Source of the DNA: Oculina patagonica
Taxonomy: Eukaryota
Assembly (NCBI RefSeq): GCF_052425735.1
Contig: NC_135761.1
Coordinates: 46,438,001-46,502,000 of the forward strand
DNA length: 64,000 nucleotides
Reading direction: 5' to 3'
Under the pieces are notes generated by a model. That model had not been told where the DNA came from and did no database searches. It was given only the letters and a program-made list of their open reading frames with translations. Shown here in pieces: positions 24,580 to 38,000 of this stretch (within the stretch, counting starts at the first letter, position 1; the number at the start of each line of letters is the position of its first letter). The position numbers and the translations under genes are program-made.

Positions 24580-27500
24580 ATGAAGTTATCAACTTCACTG
24601 CTTATTCGACTACCCGTTTGCTGGAGGAAATCAAATCCCTGCGCCAAAATCATTCAACGTTGGATATCAGACATGATCAGTCCCAGCAGACAGTCCCCAA
24701 ACATCTCGGTCAGCCCTCGGTCTTCCCTTATAGACCGCAAGGTGAAGATATGCATATCAGGACTTGAAGCCGGACAACCCGTTACTTTACACGCCTCGGT
24801 GGTGGGTGATGCGAATGAAATATTTGAATCTCACGCACATTATGTTGCGAACAGTGAAGGTTAGTGATTTGTGACATATCAGTGAATCGTCAGCAACAAA
24901 CTGGTTATGAGTCACCCCTTTTCCTGTATTTTGTCATATATTCTGCATGCTAGAAACCTGGTTTTTCAACCAGGCACAAACCAATAGCGTAGTGCCATGT
25001 GTGTTAACTTCCAAAAAAATCCCTCATTTTCTTCATTCACTGAATGGCCACTATACCTACAAAAATATATTCAAAATTGGCTAAACTACAGAATACCCTG
25101 CAAATGAGATTCATCTAATTGAATAACAATAAAATAAAATTAAAATTAAATGGGAATTTGCAGTGGTACTTCCCGATCAAATTGGAATTTAGCAGTGTTG
25201 ATTTTTGCAGAGAGAGGAAAACCGGAGAATGAAAAACCCTCGGAGCGAGGACAAGAACCAACAACAATCTCCTATTGTTTCCGGCCTCGTTCTTCAAAGA
25301 GTTCCGACTCGGTGAATCACATTTGCAGGGTATTCTTCAGTTGCTCCCAAATATTAAATAAATTAAAATACTGGTACCTTTAATTTGGATTTTTTTTTCG
25401 TTTTTACACCAAAGGAAAGATTGATAATTCCTGTGACACTTCTCACGGCGGATCATTCACTGGCTGTGAACAGATGGGATTCCTGTGGAGCATGACACAA
25501 GCGCCAGGCCAGAGACAAGGTCTTCGACTTGCAAAGAAAGATGTCACCAAGCCTTATAACATTGAACTCAATTGCTTTGATGGACATCTGTCGCCAAAGG
25601 AGGGATTTGTGAATATGTTAAAAGAGAACAGTTTGCAGCCCATTGCGAGGTCATCGCTGGAAAAGTTTTACATGGCTGAAGGAGTGCAGAGAATTCCTGT
25701 TAGGGAGGGGAGGGTGCGTGGAACTTTGTTCCTCCCACCTGGAAAAGGACCATTTCCAGGTCAGTGTTCATTCTGCATTCAACTTTATATGATGGAGATT
25801 AAGGACAATATAAGTCGAGATTGTGTTGTTTCAGAAAACATGCAAATCCTTTCCACTGGTTTTTTGCTTGAATCCTGTATCCCTCTGCAAATTCCTTAGA
25901 TTATTAGTTGAGCCTCAAGGTTGGCACGCATGAGGGGAGTAGTCCCTGGGACGAGTCCTGTGGACCAATGTCCCTTCATGTGAACTACCCATTCTTGTCC
26001 CCAGAGCTGCTTGTGCCTCTTAGTCGCCTAAGCCTGGGGCGTGAGGAAAAAGTGGCTCTGGGGACACATGATTTGATTGGCTAGATCTTTAACAAAGGCA
26101 ATTTAAATTGAGCAAATCAAATCAACCCTTTTAAAATCCCTTTGTTGTAAGGGATTTTTGCATGGTTGATTGATTGGCTAGATTTGTCCCCAGAGCCACT
26201 TGTTCCGCATGCCCCAGGCTCTGTCAACTAAGAGGTACAAGCAGCCCTGGGGACAAGAACTACCATTTTTGTCAAAAAATCTAGTTGTAGCAACCAAAAA
26301 TTAATCCCTGCAACTAGTCCCAAAAATTCAAACCAGTTTGAATTCGTGGACTAGTCCCATGAAAATTATCTGTCCCATAGGGTGCACAGTTTGTGCGACT
26401 AGTCTCTGTGACAGAAATTAAAAAAATCAACCAATTTAAAAGCAAAGCAGCCGGTACCTGCGATAAATCCCTTCATGTGAACACTACTTGGAACCTGTCC
26501 CTGCAGCTATCCCATGCTAGTAGGTGTGACTGGTCCCTTTGTATGTATTGTGTGTGTGTGACCAGTCCCAGGGACTAGACCCTGCAACAAGTACCTGCGA
26601 CTAGTCTCTTTGTGTGTGCCGACCTTCAAACTTTTTTTAAAAAAACTTTATTTATTTTTTTCACTTAAGACTAAGTCAAGATGGAAGATTGTTTATTACA
26701 TCATGATGGATGTCAAAAATAAATAGAGCACAAAATCAAAATCACGGCTCATGACAAATTAATCATTTATTTTTCATTAATTTAGTAGATAATAATGAGA
26801 TCACGATTCCTGAATTGTGACTTCATTATTTCATTATTGTGGGTGGAAAAAAATAAAGCCATTAATAAGTTACACAAACACCCTCACCATGGAGTGGCTG
26901 CTAAATCTAAATGAAATGAGACTTGTTAATTACCTTTGGAACTTTAAGTTATTTTTGGTCAAAACCTGGGATCCCTTGAAAGAACCAGGGCTCACACTTT
27001 GTACTTGCCAGCCTGGATTATTGTCACCCAGTTGAAATATCTTTGCATTTGAGATGGCGGTGCAACAAACATTAAATTATGCATTAACCATCCTTGTTTG
27101 TCTGCATGTGCTAGGTGTCATTGATCTGTTTGGAACAGCAGGAGGCTTAATTGAGTTCAAAGCTGCTATCCTTGCATCACATGGATTTGCGGCACTCTCC
27201 CTGGCGTACTTTGCACATGACGACCTTCCAAAGTACCTGCCGTACTGTGAACTGGAGTATTTTGAGGAAGCAGCCAACTGGTTGGTAAAACATCCTGCTG
27301 TTATGTCACGTGGAATTGGTGTTATGGGTGTTTCAAAGGGTGCAGAAATAGCATTGATGATGGCTGCTCACAGAAAGGATGTTGTGAAAGCGATTGTGCC
27401 AATTTCTGGTTCTTTTGTCATCTCAGCTTCGCCATTCAAGCTCAGAGGACAACTAACAGGTGTTTATTATGATGCCACCAAAGCTAAAACGACAGCAGAT

Positions 27501-27902
27501 GGGGCGTTTATCTTCCGTGACTGTTTACCTACACATGAACTTGATAAACTTGACCCTTCTGCTATAATCCCAGTGGAGAAAATTGACTGTCCAACCTTGC
27601 TTGTTTGCGGAGAGGATGATGGAAGTGTTAAAGCTGCTGAAATGACACAAGAAATTCTTAAGCGCATGAATTCACACGGCAAGGGTGCCTTGTGTTCCGT
27701 TTTAAGTTATTCCGGTGCAGGACATCTAATCGAGCCCCCCTTTGCACCACATTGTTATGCCTCCTATCACAAAAATTTTAGGACAACTTTTGCTTGGGGA
27801 GGAAATGCAAAAGACCACTCGCTAGCTCAGGAAGATTCGTGGCAGAAAATTTTGGAATTCTTTAGTAAGAATCTTGGTCAAAGCCACAACAGTCATCTTT
27901 AG
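24580..27902 (+). CDS. Acyl-CoA thioesterase / BAAT family, paralog C (470 aa; second in-frame ATG at 24673; PTS1 SHL)
   Basis: Exons 24580-24859, 25415-25759, 27115-27902, the same exon lengths as paralog B (280/345/788); intact catalytic motifs. Confidence 0.93.
25990..26259. mobile_element. MITE in paralog C intron 2, inside a GGGACTAGTCCC-repeat element
   Basis: TTCTTGTCCCCAGAGCTGCTTG...CAAGCAGCCCTGGGGACAAGAA; absent at the homologous position in paralog B (near 15515). Confidence 0.75.
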
Positions 27903-27989
27903 AATGTCGTAGTAACAAATTTTAAAAAAATTATGTTGAACAAGTAATGTTAGATTTTCTTTTTAACAGAGTGAAAGGCAATTAAATTA

Positions 27990-28233
27990 CCATATTTTCT
28001 CGATTAAACGCCAGGCCCTGAATAAGCGCCGGGAAAATAAACCCCTTAAATATTTATTCAAGGTTTAATATGCTTTGGAAATAATGTCTACATATATGGT
28101 TGTCAAAAATAATGAACGAAAATCATTTCTTAGAAACATAGGGCTTGAATAAATTGCAGGAATCAAATAAACGCCGGCTTTATCGGGCCAAGTTTGAAAT
28201 AAACGCCGGGGGCGTTTAATTGAGAAAATACGG
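27990..28233. mobile_element. Tc1/pogo-type MITE in the paralog C 3' flank
   Basis: TA|CCATATTTTCTCGATTAAACGCC...GGCGTTTAATTGAGAAAATACGG|TA; empty site in the paralog B 3' flank (near 17070-17085). Confidence 0.85.
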
Positions 28234-30389
28234 TATTTTCAGTTTATCAGAGGATTATTGTAATTACATAGTGATTCTGATAGTATCTTTGGGAAAGTCC
28301 AAAATCTATCATTTATTCTAAGCCAGAAGCATTTTGGAGAGACCTCATTTGTTATGTGACCATGTCAATTACAACAAATGGGACTTGCTATGCAACTTTG
28401 TAAGAGGTAAAGGGTTAGGAACAGGGGTTTATAATAAAAGCAGTTTCAAATAATATTTTGAATTTGAGCTGATGAGAAATAAGGTAATTCTGTATAATTT
28501 TTCATACAGTTTTATCAAGATTATTTTATTTTCAGTTTACTACTAGCTGGTGTTGTTCTCAGAAGCCCTAAGTTAACCCTCGACCATGTTTCTAAATAGC
28601 TGAGTGGTCTGCCTCCTACGGCATATTTGGAAGGCTATCAATGGAGCCAGTCATTTTCATTTAGTAACTGGTAGTTTAATAGTAAAATAGAATGAAGATA
28701 ACCCCCATGAGGCTCGGAAAACATCAGCGTGTTTTGAGGGAAATAGAAGGCGAATATGCGAGAGTTTTGTTTTATGGAAGTGCCTTAGGAACAACGGCTG
28801 TTTTAGGGAGTGTTTTAGGAAAATCGTCCACCATTTTGGTTTGTTTGTCTGAATCTTGTCTGAGTCATGACGTCACTCTCGCGCTTCGTTATTGTACTTG
28901 GTAATAACAGAGGCGGTGGATCATTATCAAGGTGGTGGTGGGGGGGAGCCCATCGTACCAAGCCCGTAACCAGACCTTTGCCATAGACGAGGCAAGATCT
29001 TGCTAGGGGTTTCGGGGGGCATGCCCTCAAGAAACTTTTAAAATGCAAAAGCTCTGAAACTCTTCAACATTTTTTATAAGGTATTTTTGGAGAGTTTTCC
29101 TACCAAAACATTTTATTTTTAACTTTTGGTAAAAATCTAAGTGCCTCGTCTTACCTCTTGCTAGTTATGGCCCTGTGTACTCCAAGCTACTCAACACTGC
29201 CAGTGTTCAGTCAAGATATTACTTACTAACTTTGTAGCAGATCTAAATACCTCCTCAAATGATGTTAGTGTGTACTAGTCTAAGATGGGGTAGCAAATTT
29301 GAACTTTTCTTGGTCTGAGATTGGGTAGGGATTTGTAGACCCCAGTGGGCACCCCCGCCCAAACTTTTACATCTGCATCCACCCCCTGGAGAAATCATCA
29401 GGGGGGGGGGTAGTCGGGGTTTCAAGTGACGGGGATGATCGAATGATGGCAAAAATCAAGACCCAAAAAAATCCCTAGGGCTTCCACCAAAACCCAAAAA
29501 ATCCCATAACCAAAAATTAACCCCTCAAGAAATCAACAACAAAACATGCTTGTTTTTGACTATGTACGCTCATTCTTTATTTCAGTTTATTTGCAGAACT
29601 ATGCAGCTAAAGCGCTACCACAAATCTTAAGATGATTTTAAATACCCCAAAAAATCCCTACTTTAATCAAAAAAATACTTGGCAAATTTTCCTACCCAAA
29701 AAAATCCCGGAATCGAAACTTTGAAACGCAAAAAAATCCTTCTATCATCCCCGTCACTTTAAACCCCGAGTACCCCCCCCCCCCTGGGGAGCAATCTCTT
29801 CTAGTCTTTATATTACCATCCCACCGATTCATTACCACAGAGTACCAGATTCATGATCTGAAATAATCACACCTGGTTTTCACGAATTTGAAGAATTTGT
29901 TTAATAAATTATTAACATTTCCTTTTATATTTAATAAGCCACTTTCTTTTTTGCGGCATTAGTTTTTTTCGATTTAGCAAAAGCGCGAAGTAAAACGTAA
30001 CTTTTTTTTTTTGCCTGGCCGTCAGAACGAGGTTAGCGTGTTCCAGGCTATCAGTATAGTTGCCGGAGAGCGAAAAACGTGTGCCCGTCTTCTCCCCCGC
30101 CCCTTGCCCCCTCCCTCGTTTTTTCCTCGCTAGCTCGCGTTTACAACCTGGTATGGTGCAATCTTTGTGCAGCATAAACAGAGTGAGACTTTTTTCACGC
30201 TATGTCTGCTGACCGTTCCGTCGGCGCAAAAGTTTCTCTGACAGAGACAGACAGTGTTGCTCAGCTGGACGCTCAGCCGAGGCTTGCTGTAAATGAAGCT
30301 CGCAGATGAATGAAACTCGATGAGCGAATGATTTAAGTTTGTGGAACTCAAATCCCTGCAACAAGATCATTCACGGTTGGCATTCAGAC

Positions 30390-33144
30390 ATGAACAGCTC
30401 AAGCAGACAGTCCCCAATCATCTCGGTCAGTCCTCGGTCTTCACTTATAGACCGCAAGGTGAAGATATGCATATCAGGACTTGAAGCCGGACAACCCATT
30501 ACATTACACGCCTCGGTGGTGGGTGATGCGAATGAAATATTCGAATCTCACGCAAATTATGTTGCTAACAATGAAGGTTAGTGATTTGTTACATATCAGT
30601 GAATCAATGCTCTTTAGGATCCTTTAGTCTTGTGGCTCGCTGACTGTGTCACCACTCACCATCTCTCGCAGGCTTGGGCTGATGGTTGCTCCCGTAAGTG
30701 ACCACTTCACATGATCCAACCCAGTCCGGGTGTAAATTAATAACAAGACTCCTTACAACCCTAACGTGACGATAAATTTTGTTCTTGCATAAGAACATTT
30801 TGTTTCTCATATCCAATGTTGGCTAGTTAACTAAGAAGGTCCTGAAAGGTGTGGGGGGTGGGGCGGGGAGGGGGGGGGGGTGTAAATATCCCATTTCCCA
30901 GCCTATGTAAAAACAGGCAAATCCCAGTTCCCATTTTACCCTTCAGGTCCCTGAACTAAGTATGTGGCAACCTTGTTCCCAGGGTGGGGAACGAGGTTGA
31001 GTATGTGGAGGGGAACAGGTGGCGGGAACCTGGTAGAATGGGGGGGGGGGGTGGGAAGGGAACGGAAGGTGGGGGAAGAGAGGGTGGGAAGCAGGACTCC
31101 AAAACCGGGAGAGGTTTCATAACAAGGTTTCATTAGAATAGTACAAAGAGGTGGAACCAATAAGAAAGGGGGAGGGAAACAGGAGTACCAGGTCCAGGGA
31201 GGGGGAGGTTCAGGCCCCCTGTCCCCCTCCAATTATGGGCTCATTGTGACACTGTTAGTCAAACTGGATGGAGTGTAATCTCTTTCAAATTACAAGATAT
31301 TTTCTCAAATAAAATTATTTCGCATTAACAGATGCATCTGTGCAGGAAGAAACTATACATGTACTCCATGCAATGACTGAAAATTTAGAGCTTCTCCAAT
31401 GAAATTTTGCACAATAGAAATTAATTATTTATTATAATATAATAATTTTTTATACATATAAGTGACCACATAAGCTCAACATTTTGAGCGGTGGCTTATG
31501 GGAAATTCAACTGTACGTCTAATTTGAAATACTTTTTTTTTAAAAAATTTACTCCAAAGGAATGATTGATAATTCTCATGATGTTTCTCATGGTGGATCT
31601 TTTACTGGCTGTGAACAGATGGGGTTCCTGTGGAGCATGACGCGAGCGCCAGGCCAGAGACAAGGACTTCGACTTGTTAAGAGAGATGTCACTAAACCTT
31701 ATTACATTCAACTCAATTGCTTTGATGGACATCTGTCACCAGAGGATGGATTTGTGAATATGTTAAAAGAGAACAGTTTACAGCCCATTGCGAGGTCATC
31801 ACTGGAGAAGTTGTACATGGCTGATGGGGTGCAGAGAATTCCTGTTAGGGTGGGGAGGGTGCGTGGAACTTTGTTCTTACCTCCTGGAAATGGACCATTT
31901 CCAGGTCAGCGTTGAAAAATCGTTCTGCCTTAATTTTGATAATGGAGATTATAGAAAATAAAAGTTCAGATTGTGTTGTAACAGAAAACATGCATACCCT
32001 TCCACAGGTTTTTTTTGGTTGCATCCTGCATCCCCTAGAAATTCTTTAGTATGGTTTTAGCCTCATGCTTTTGTTAAAAACTTTGGTTTTGAACTACTCC
32101 CTCCTCCCTTCCTCCTCAGATTACAGAATTTTAAATGATCTTCCTTCAGGAGGGTATGGAAACTGCACATTAGATACAAGGTAAAATTTTATAGAAGGGC
32201 TTCGGTTGGAGGAGGCAGCATGTTTTTTCAAGTTTTTGGAATCAGGGATCCCTTGATGGATATCCACATTGTCTCTCAACATCTTTGCATTTCAGATGAC
32301 TGTGCAATAAACATTAGATTATGCATTAACCATCCTTGTTTGTCTCCATGTGCTAGGTGTCATTGATATGTTTGGAACAGCAGGAGGCTTAATTGAGTTC
32401 AAAGCTTCTCTCCTTGCATCACATGGATTTGCGGCACTCTCGCTGGCGTACTTTGCATATGATGACCTGCCCAAGGACATCAGTTGCTGTGAACTGGAGT
32501 ATTTTGAGGAAGCTGCCAACTGGCTTGTAAATCATCCTGCTGTTATGTCGCATGGAATTGGTGTTATGGGTGTCTCAAAAGGTGCAGAAATAACATTGCT
32601 GATGGCTGCTCACAAAAAGGATGTTGTGAAAGCGATTGTGCCAATTTCGGCTTCTATAGTAATCACACATACGCCATTAAAGCTCAGAGGACGGCTAACT
32701 GGTGCTTACTCTGATACCAGTAATGCAAAGGTGACAGCGGATGGGGGATTAATATTTCGTTACTGTTTTCCCATGCATGAACTTGATAAACTTGACCCTT
32801 CTGCTATAATCCCAGTGGAGAAAATCGACTGTCCAATGTTGCTTGTTTGTGGAGAGGATGATGAAGATATCCCAGCTGCTGAAAGTGCACAAGAAATTCT
32901 CAAGCGCATGAATTCACATGGCAAGAGTGCTTTGTGTTCCGTCTTAAGTTATCCTGGTACAGGACATCTAATCGAGCCCCCCTATTCACCTCACTGTTTT
33001 GAATCCTATCTCAAGGCTTACAAGATAACTTTTGCTTGGGGAGGTAATGCAAAGGATCATTCGCTAGCTCAGGAAGATTCATGGCAGAAAATTTTAGAAT
33101 TTTTTAGTAACAATCTTGGTCAAAGCCACAACAGTCATCTTTAG
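30390..33144 (+). CDS. Acyl-CoA thioesterase / BAAT family, paralog D (439 aa; no presequence, PTS1 SHL)
   Basis: Exons 30390-30576, 31560-31904, 32357-33144. In-frame TGA at 30321 upstream makes 30390 the first usable ATG. Catalytic motifs intact. Confidence 0.88.
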
Positions 33145-33275
33145 AAATAGATCGTAAAAAAATGTTGAGCCAGTACATAATAATTTGGAATAATTATATT
33201 TTTGTAAATATATTTCTGTAAACATCAAATAATAATTTTAGGTAGGTCCACATCAGCTGTTTCAGCTGCCACTTC

Positions 33276-33731
33276 CCCGGCGTATCCAATCAAACGTTCG
33301 GTAATCGAACCCAATCGAACACCAATCGTTCCATTGAGTTCGGTAATCGAACATAATCGAACTCACAATAAAATTTTGGTTATCGAACAAAATCGAACGT
33401 TCGATTACCAAACAGTCAACAATCGAACAAAATCGAACATTCGATTACCGAACAGTCGACTATCGTACTCAGTTGAACGTTCGATTACCGAACTCCTGTT
33501 TGTTTATATTGCGGACAACTTGGACCGTGCACCATCCCCCTGATTAGTCCTGCGTGATTTACTTATAAAGAGACGGATTCCGAACAAAATTGAATCAGAT
33601 TGAGATCGATTGGTTCGAAAATCAAACTCACAGCAAAACAGATGTTCGATTTTGTTCGATTACCGAACCCAATCGAACGATTGGTGTTCGATTGATTTTT
33701 GGTTTGATTTTGTTCGATTGGATTCGCCGGG
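33276..33731. mobile_element. Internally deleted copy of the AATCGAAC-repeat MITE
   Basis: Homologous to 7372-8218; CACTTC duplicated on the flanks. Confidence 0.85.
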
Positions 33732-34725
33732 CACTTCCGACCTACGTATCAAATAAAGTCTACTACTACAACATGTAATGTTTGACTTTCCTATAATAAT
33801 ATTAGAGTGAAAGGTAATAAATTTGTTATTTTATGACAAGATTATTTGTAATGAAAAAGTGATAGAGATGTTGATAACATCTTTGGGTGGCCTCCCATGC
33901 AGTCATTTTTAGGGGTGATTGTGAAACACAATTGCCCCTATAAACGACTGCGCGGAAGGCTAATTTTTGGGCTGCTTATGATTTTGGACTTAAGGGCTGT
34001 CCTACAACTTCAAAACTATTGCAGGGATATGGTTTGTTCTCTGGCCATGTCAACTACAACAAATGGGGCCTACTTCTAATGACTACTGTAGTTGTAATCA
34101 AAGATTAGGGAATGCGTTTAACATGCATGGAGCTGTGTCCTATTTGTTCTGGTCGACACGGTAAAGGAAGGCGATATATTTTCAAGAACACTACGTAAGG
34201 ACACAGATTATAATTAGCCATAAACAGCTGTTAAAAGTTACAGCCCTGGATATAATCATATTGGGTTTGTAACAGTCAAGTTCCTTACAACCTCGCAAAT
34301 AATCCTCGGACCAATCATGTCTTTTTAAGGATTACATGGCAGCTCCATATTGTGTACTGCATGCACTTTGCTTTTATAGGCTTGAGTGTTTGGTGTGATG
34401 AAAACACTCCAGGATTTTCATCTTTGTTTTATGTTTACATGCGAAAAGGTTTGAAAACCTTGCCATAAAGGAGGGTTTACGCAAGCAGTTTATAAAACAA
34501 CTTTACAACAAAGGAGAAGTCATTTTGAAAGTGACATGCACATTTTCTTGATTAAACTCTGGGTACCGAATAAATGCCGGGTCTCCAAGTTGTTTTTGAA
34601 AACAGGCCCTTCAGGTATTTTATTTTAGGTAGAATTGAATGTAAGTTTTAAAAGTAAGATGTATGTTTTATCAAAACTAATGGGTTCAGGTAAATAAGTG
34701 GAGTCAAAGAAACACTGGGTCAATC

Positions 34726-34830
34726 TAGCCTCCCACGCAGTTGTTCTTAGGGGCGATCGCGTTACACTCCTCCAGTTCGTGGGGAGGAGTGTAATGCAAT
34801 CGCCTCTAAGAACGACTGCGTGGGAGGCTA
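34726..34830. mobile_element. Small hairpin MITE with 9-bp TSD
   Basis: TAGCCTCCCACGCAG/CTGCGTGGGAGGCTA; GGGTCAATC duplicated. Confidence 0.85.
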
Positions 34831-35059
34831 GGGTCAATCAGGCTTAGTTTGAAATAAATGCCAAAGGGGGGGGGGGGAGGGGGTTGGCTCCAGTCAAGAA
34901 AATATGGCCTTAAGTAACAGTACCATAAATGCAGGCTGTTCTACATTGAGCTCTTTACCGACTCAACAAAAGAAACAAGAGAGTCTGAAACCATGTGAGA
35001 TCACTTTATATTTTAATGATACAAAGATTGAGCACTGGAAATTGAATGACAGCTGTCCA

Positions 35060-38000
35060 TCACTGAAAAGAAAAGAAAAATCAAAAGTTAGACTACACGC
35101 TGGTGGGAGAGATCTATGGTGAAGAGCTTTGGCATGAGGATACAGGGTGCAAAGAAATTTCAATTTTCCAACTTGCCCAATGGGCAAGCTGTAGCTAGGA
35201 TGTACTATCCTGAAAGTCATTTTCACTAACCCAAAATATCCTTATAAGCCTGATTAATTTCCTCAAAAATTTTCCCTGAAAAATTTCACTTGCGTCCCCT
35301 AGCCCGACAGCAAAATCCACTAGCCCTGGGCAATCAGACATGCACTTCTTTTAACCAAGGCTGTGCTCTAGCGGTGCCCGGTCGCCTCAGGCGACTAACA
35401 TTTGCTCTCGGGCGACCAGAAAATAAAACTGGTGGCCCGGCCGGGCACGGCTGGCCCTCTTGTTCGCTGTTCCACACTGTAGTATAGCAGGAAATTGACT
35501 GTAAAATTATGTTTTTGCAGATTGATTATGTTTTTCGCGGGAAAATAGCCTTCCACACATTACGGAGTCAAATGTTTACGCTTGCCGGCGCTGTCAAGTT
35601 CGTTCCACATGATTTAACACAAGCTTGACTTTGCACGTGACGGACCGCACGAACATTTTAAAAAATATAATAATATGGGTTGAAAATCTTGATTTTTTCT
35701 TCGAGATGGTTTAGTTCCCATTTATTTTGGTATATCAATAGTTTTCGTAAGGGCAGTGAGTTAGTGTTAGCATGAAATGAAATTCTTCGCACATGCAAAT
35801 TTCTGCGTCTGGAGATGTTTACAAAGGAATAGATTAATTTAGCGACGACTTGTTGCACTCTAATTAAAGCAAATCTCGATAAAATGTTGTTGTCATTCAG
35901 CTTAATGGAATTTATTTGTTTTACAACTTGATTTACTGTGGTAATTTCAAATGAAATTTCTAACGATATTTAATTGAACTTTGGAGATATTTACGCTAAT
36001 AAAGGAAGTTTCGTTGGATATCACAAGTTTGTCAAAATGCGGTGGCCGCTAAAAATAGTAACAATCACTTCGCCGTGTGTGAAATTAAACCCTTGTGAAC
36101 TGTAAAAAAGATTTTAAATGTAAGATTGTTGGCAGTTCCATAAATTTCTGCATGTTTAAATCAGTCCGTTTCTTTATCAATTGCATGGCTCAGATTATCA
36201 TTCAAATGGCGGTTCTTTCAGCCGTCACAAGAATAGAAACTCAACCTATTTATAATAAATGTTCTTTCTTAAATTCTTGCGACTTTCTTATTTTTTTTAA
36301 ACTCTCGACAAATAAACCGATCGATGAAACAAGAAAAGCTTGCAATTAATGATTTTAGCCCTAACTTCTCTGGCGTTCTTTTATGAAACTAGATAAAGTA
36401 AGAATTAATTTTTTACGAAAAGGTAGAAATTCTAACGTTTTGGCGCGAAAATTTCGATGGGTTTCCTATGACAGGCATACTGGAATTCACACTTTTTTGA
36501 CTCACGATTCACAAAGCCGCTACAGTAAAACTACAGTCGTGTAAATCGTCAACCATGCTGTTGTATGCCCTGAAATTTGCAAGTTCGTCATTAAGATTTA
36601 CTTATCAGATTTACTAATTAATTTCAGTGGCAGTGAACACTAAATTTTTATTTACGTCTGATACATTTAGAGTTTAAGGCTGTGGAATGACAGTTTCGTT
36701 TTTGATACTTATAAGATAATGTATTTGCTTGCTTAAGTAACAAAGAACTTCTGATTGTTGAACTACATATTTGTATGCCATGAAATTTGCAATTTAGTCA
36801 ATTTTAATGAAAAAAAAAAAATGAGACCTGCAACTTGTTTAGGGTTAGACCATAATGTCATCATTCGAAATAAAACCTCTTACAAACTCTCTGTATTAGG
36901 TCTGTATTGACAAAAACAATAGAATAGTGAGTGTGAATAGTGAGTGTGCTGTGAAATAAAATCAACAACAAATCTTAATTGGTTGTATGATTTAAATTTA
37001 TTGTAAATTAATTATTAACTTATTAAACCATGATAATATTAATAAATTAATTAATTGAATAATTAATAAATTGAATAATTAATTAGTTTGGGCGACCAAC
37101 CCAAAGGGCTGGGCACCCTACCTGGCAGGGTTGGGAGCCCGAAGGGCTCCCAGAAATTTTCCTTAGAGCACAGCCTTGTTAACGCTGGGACAACAAATGG
37201 CAAAAACGGGTTGGTCCTATTAGAAAACTGGCATACATGTGTATAGTTTATGTGTAAACTATACACACTGAAATTTCTAGATTCAAATGTTTTTGGATTC
37301 CTCAGAATTTAAGGTATTCAAGTTTGTTAGGTGTTTGCTCGATTTCTATAATTGCTATTACATGTTCATGTGTAAACTATACACACTGAAATTTCTAGAG
37401 TCAAATGTTTTTGGATTCCTCAGAATTTAAGGTATTCATGTTTGTTAGGTGTTGGCTCAATTTCTATAATTTCTATTACATGTACATTCTATAATTTTCA
37501 CTACAGTGATAAATCCAGAGAAAGCTGTCAGCATGATAGCCAAGCATGATGCAATGAAGGAATAAACAATTCATAAAAAAAATTCTGTTTCCACAACAAA
37601 TCTTATGTTATGGTCTTGCTGTAATCAGATTTAGAGCTTTAGTTCAATCCAGCATTAAAGCTTCCATACTTGCAGGGCTGCAAATAACAGTCGGTCATCA
37701 GACATTGGCCGACCAAAATTTGCTCACGTCGGACGAAATCCAAATTGTGGTCAGACATGACGTCCGGACAATTTTTGATCATAAATCATAAGTGATAACT
37801 TGTAAGTGGTAAGATTCAACCTTTTGTTTTTGGTGGTGTCCAACCACAATTTTGTTTTGTCCGACCAAGATGGTGTCTTAGTAGGACATATGTCCTTTTA
37901 AGTGAGAAAAATATTTGCAGCATGAAACCGTTTACTCCAAATACATGTAGTGATTTCACTACTGTATACACCTAATTGAAGAAACATTGACCTTGTGAAA

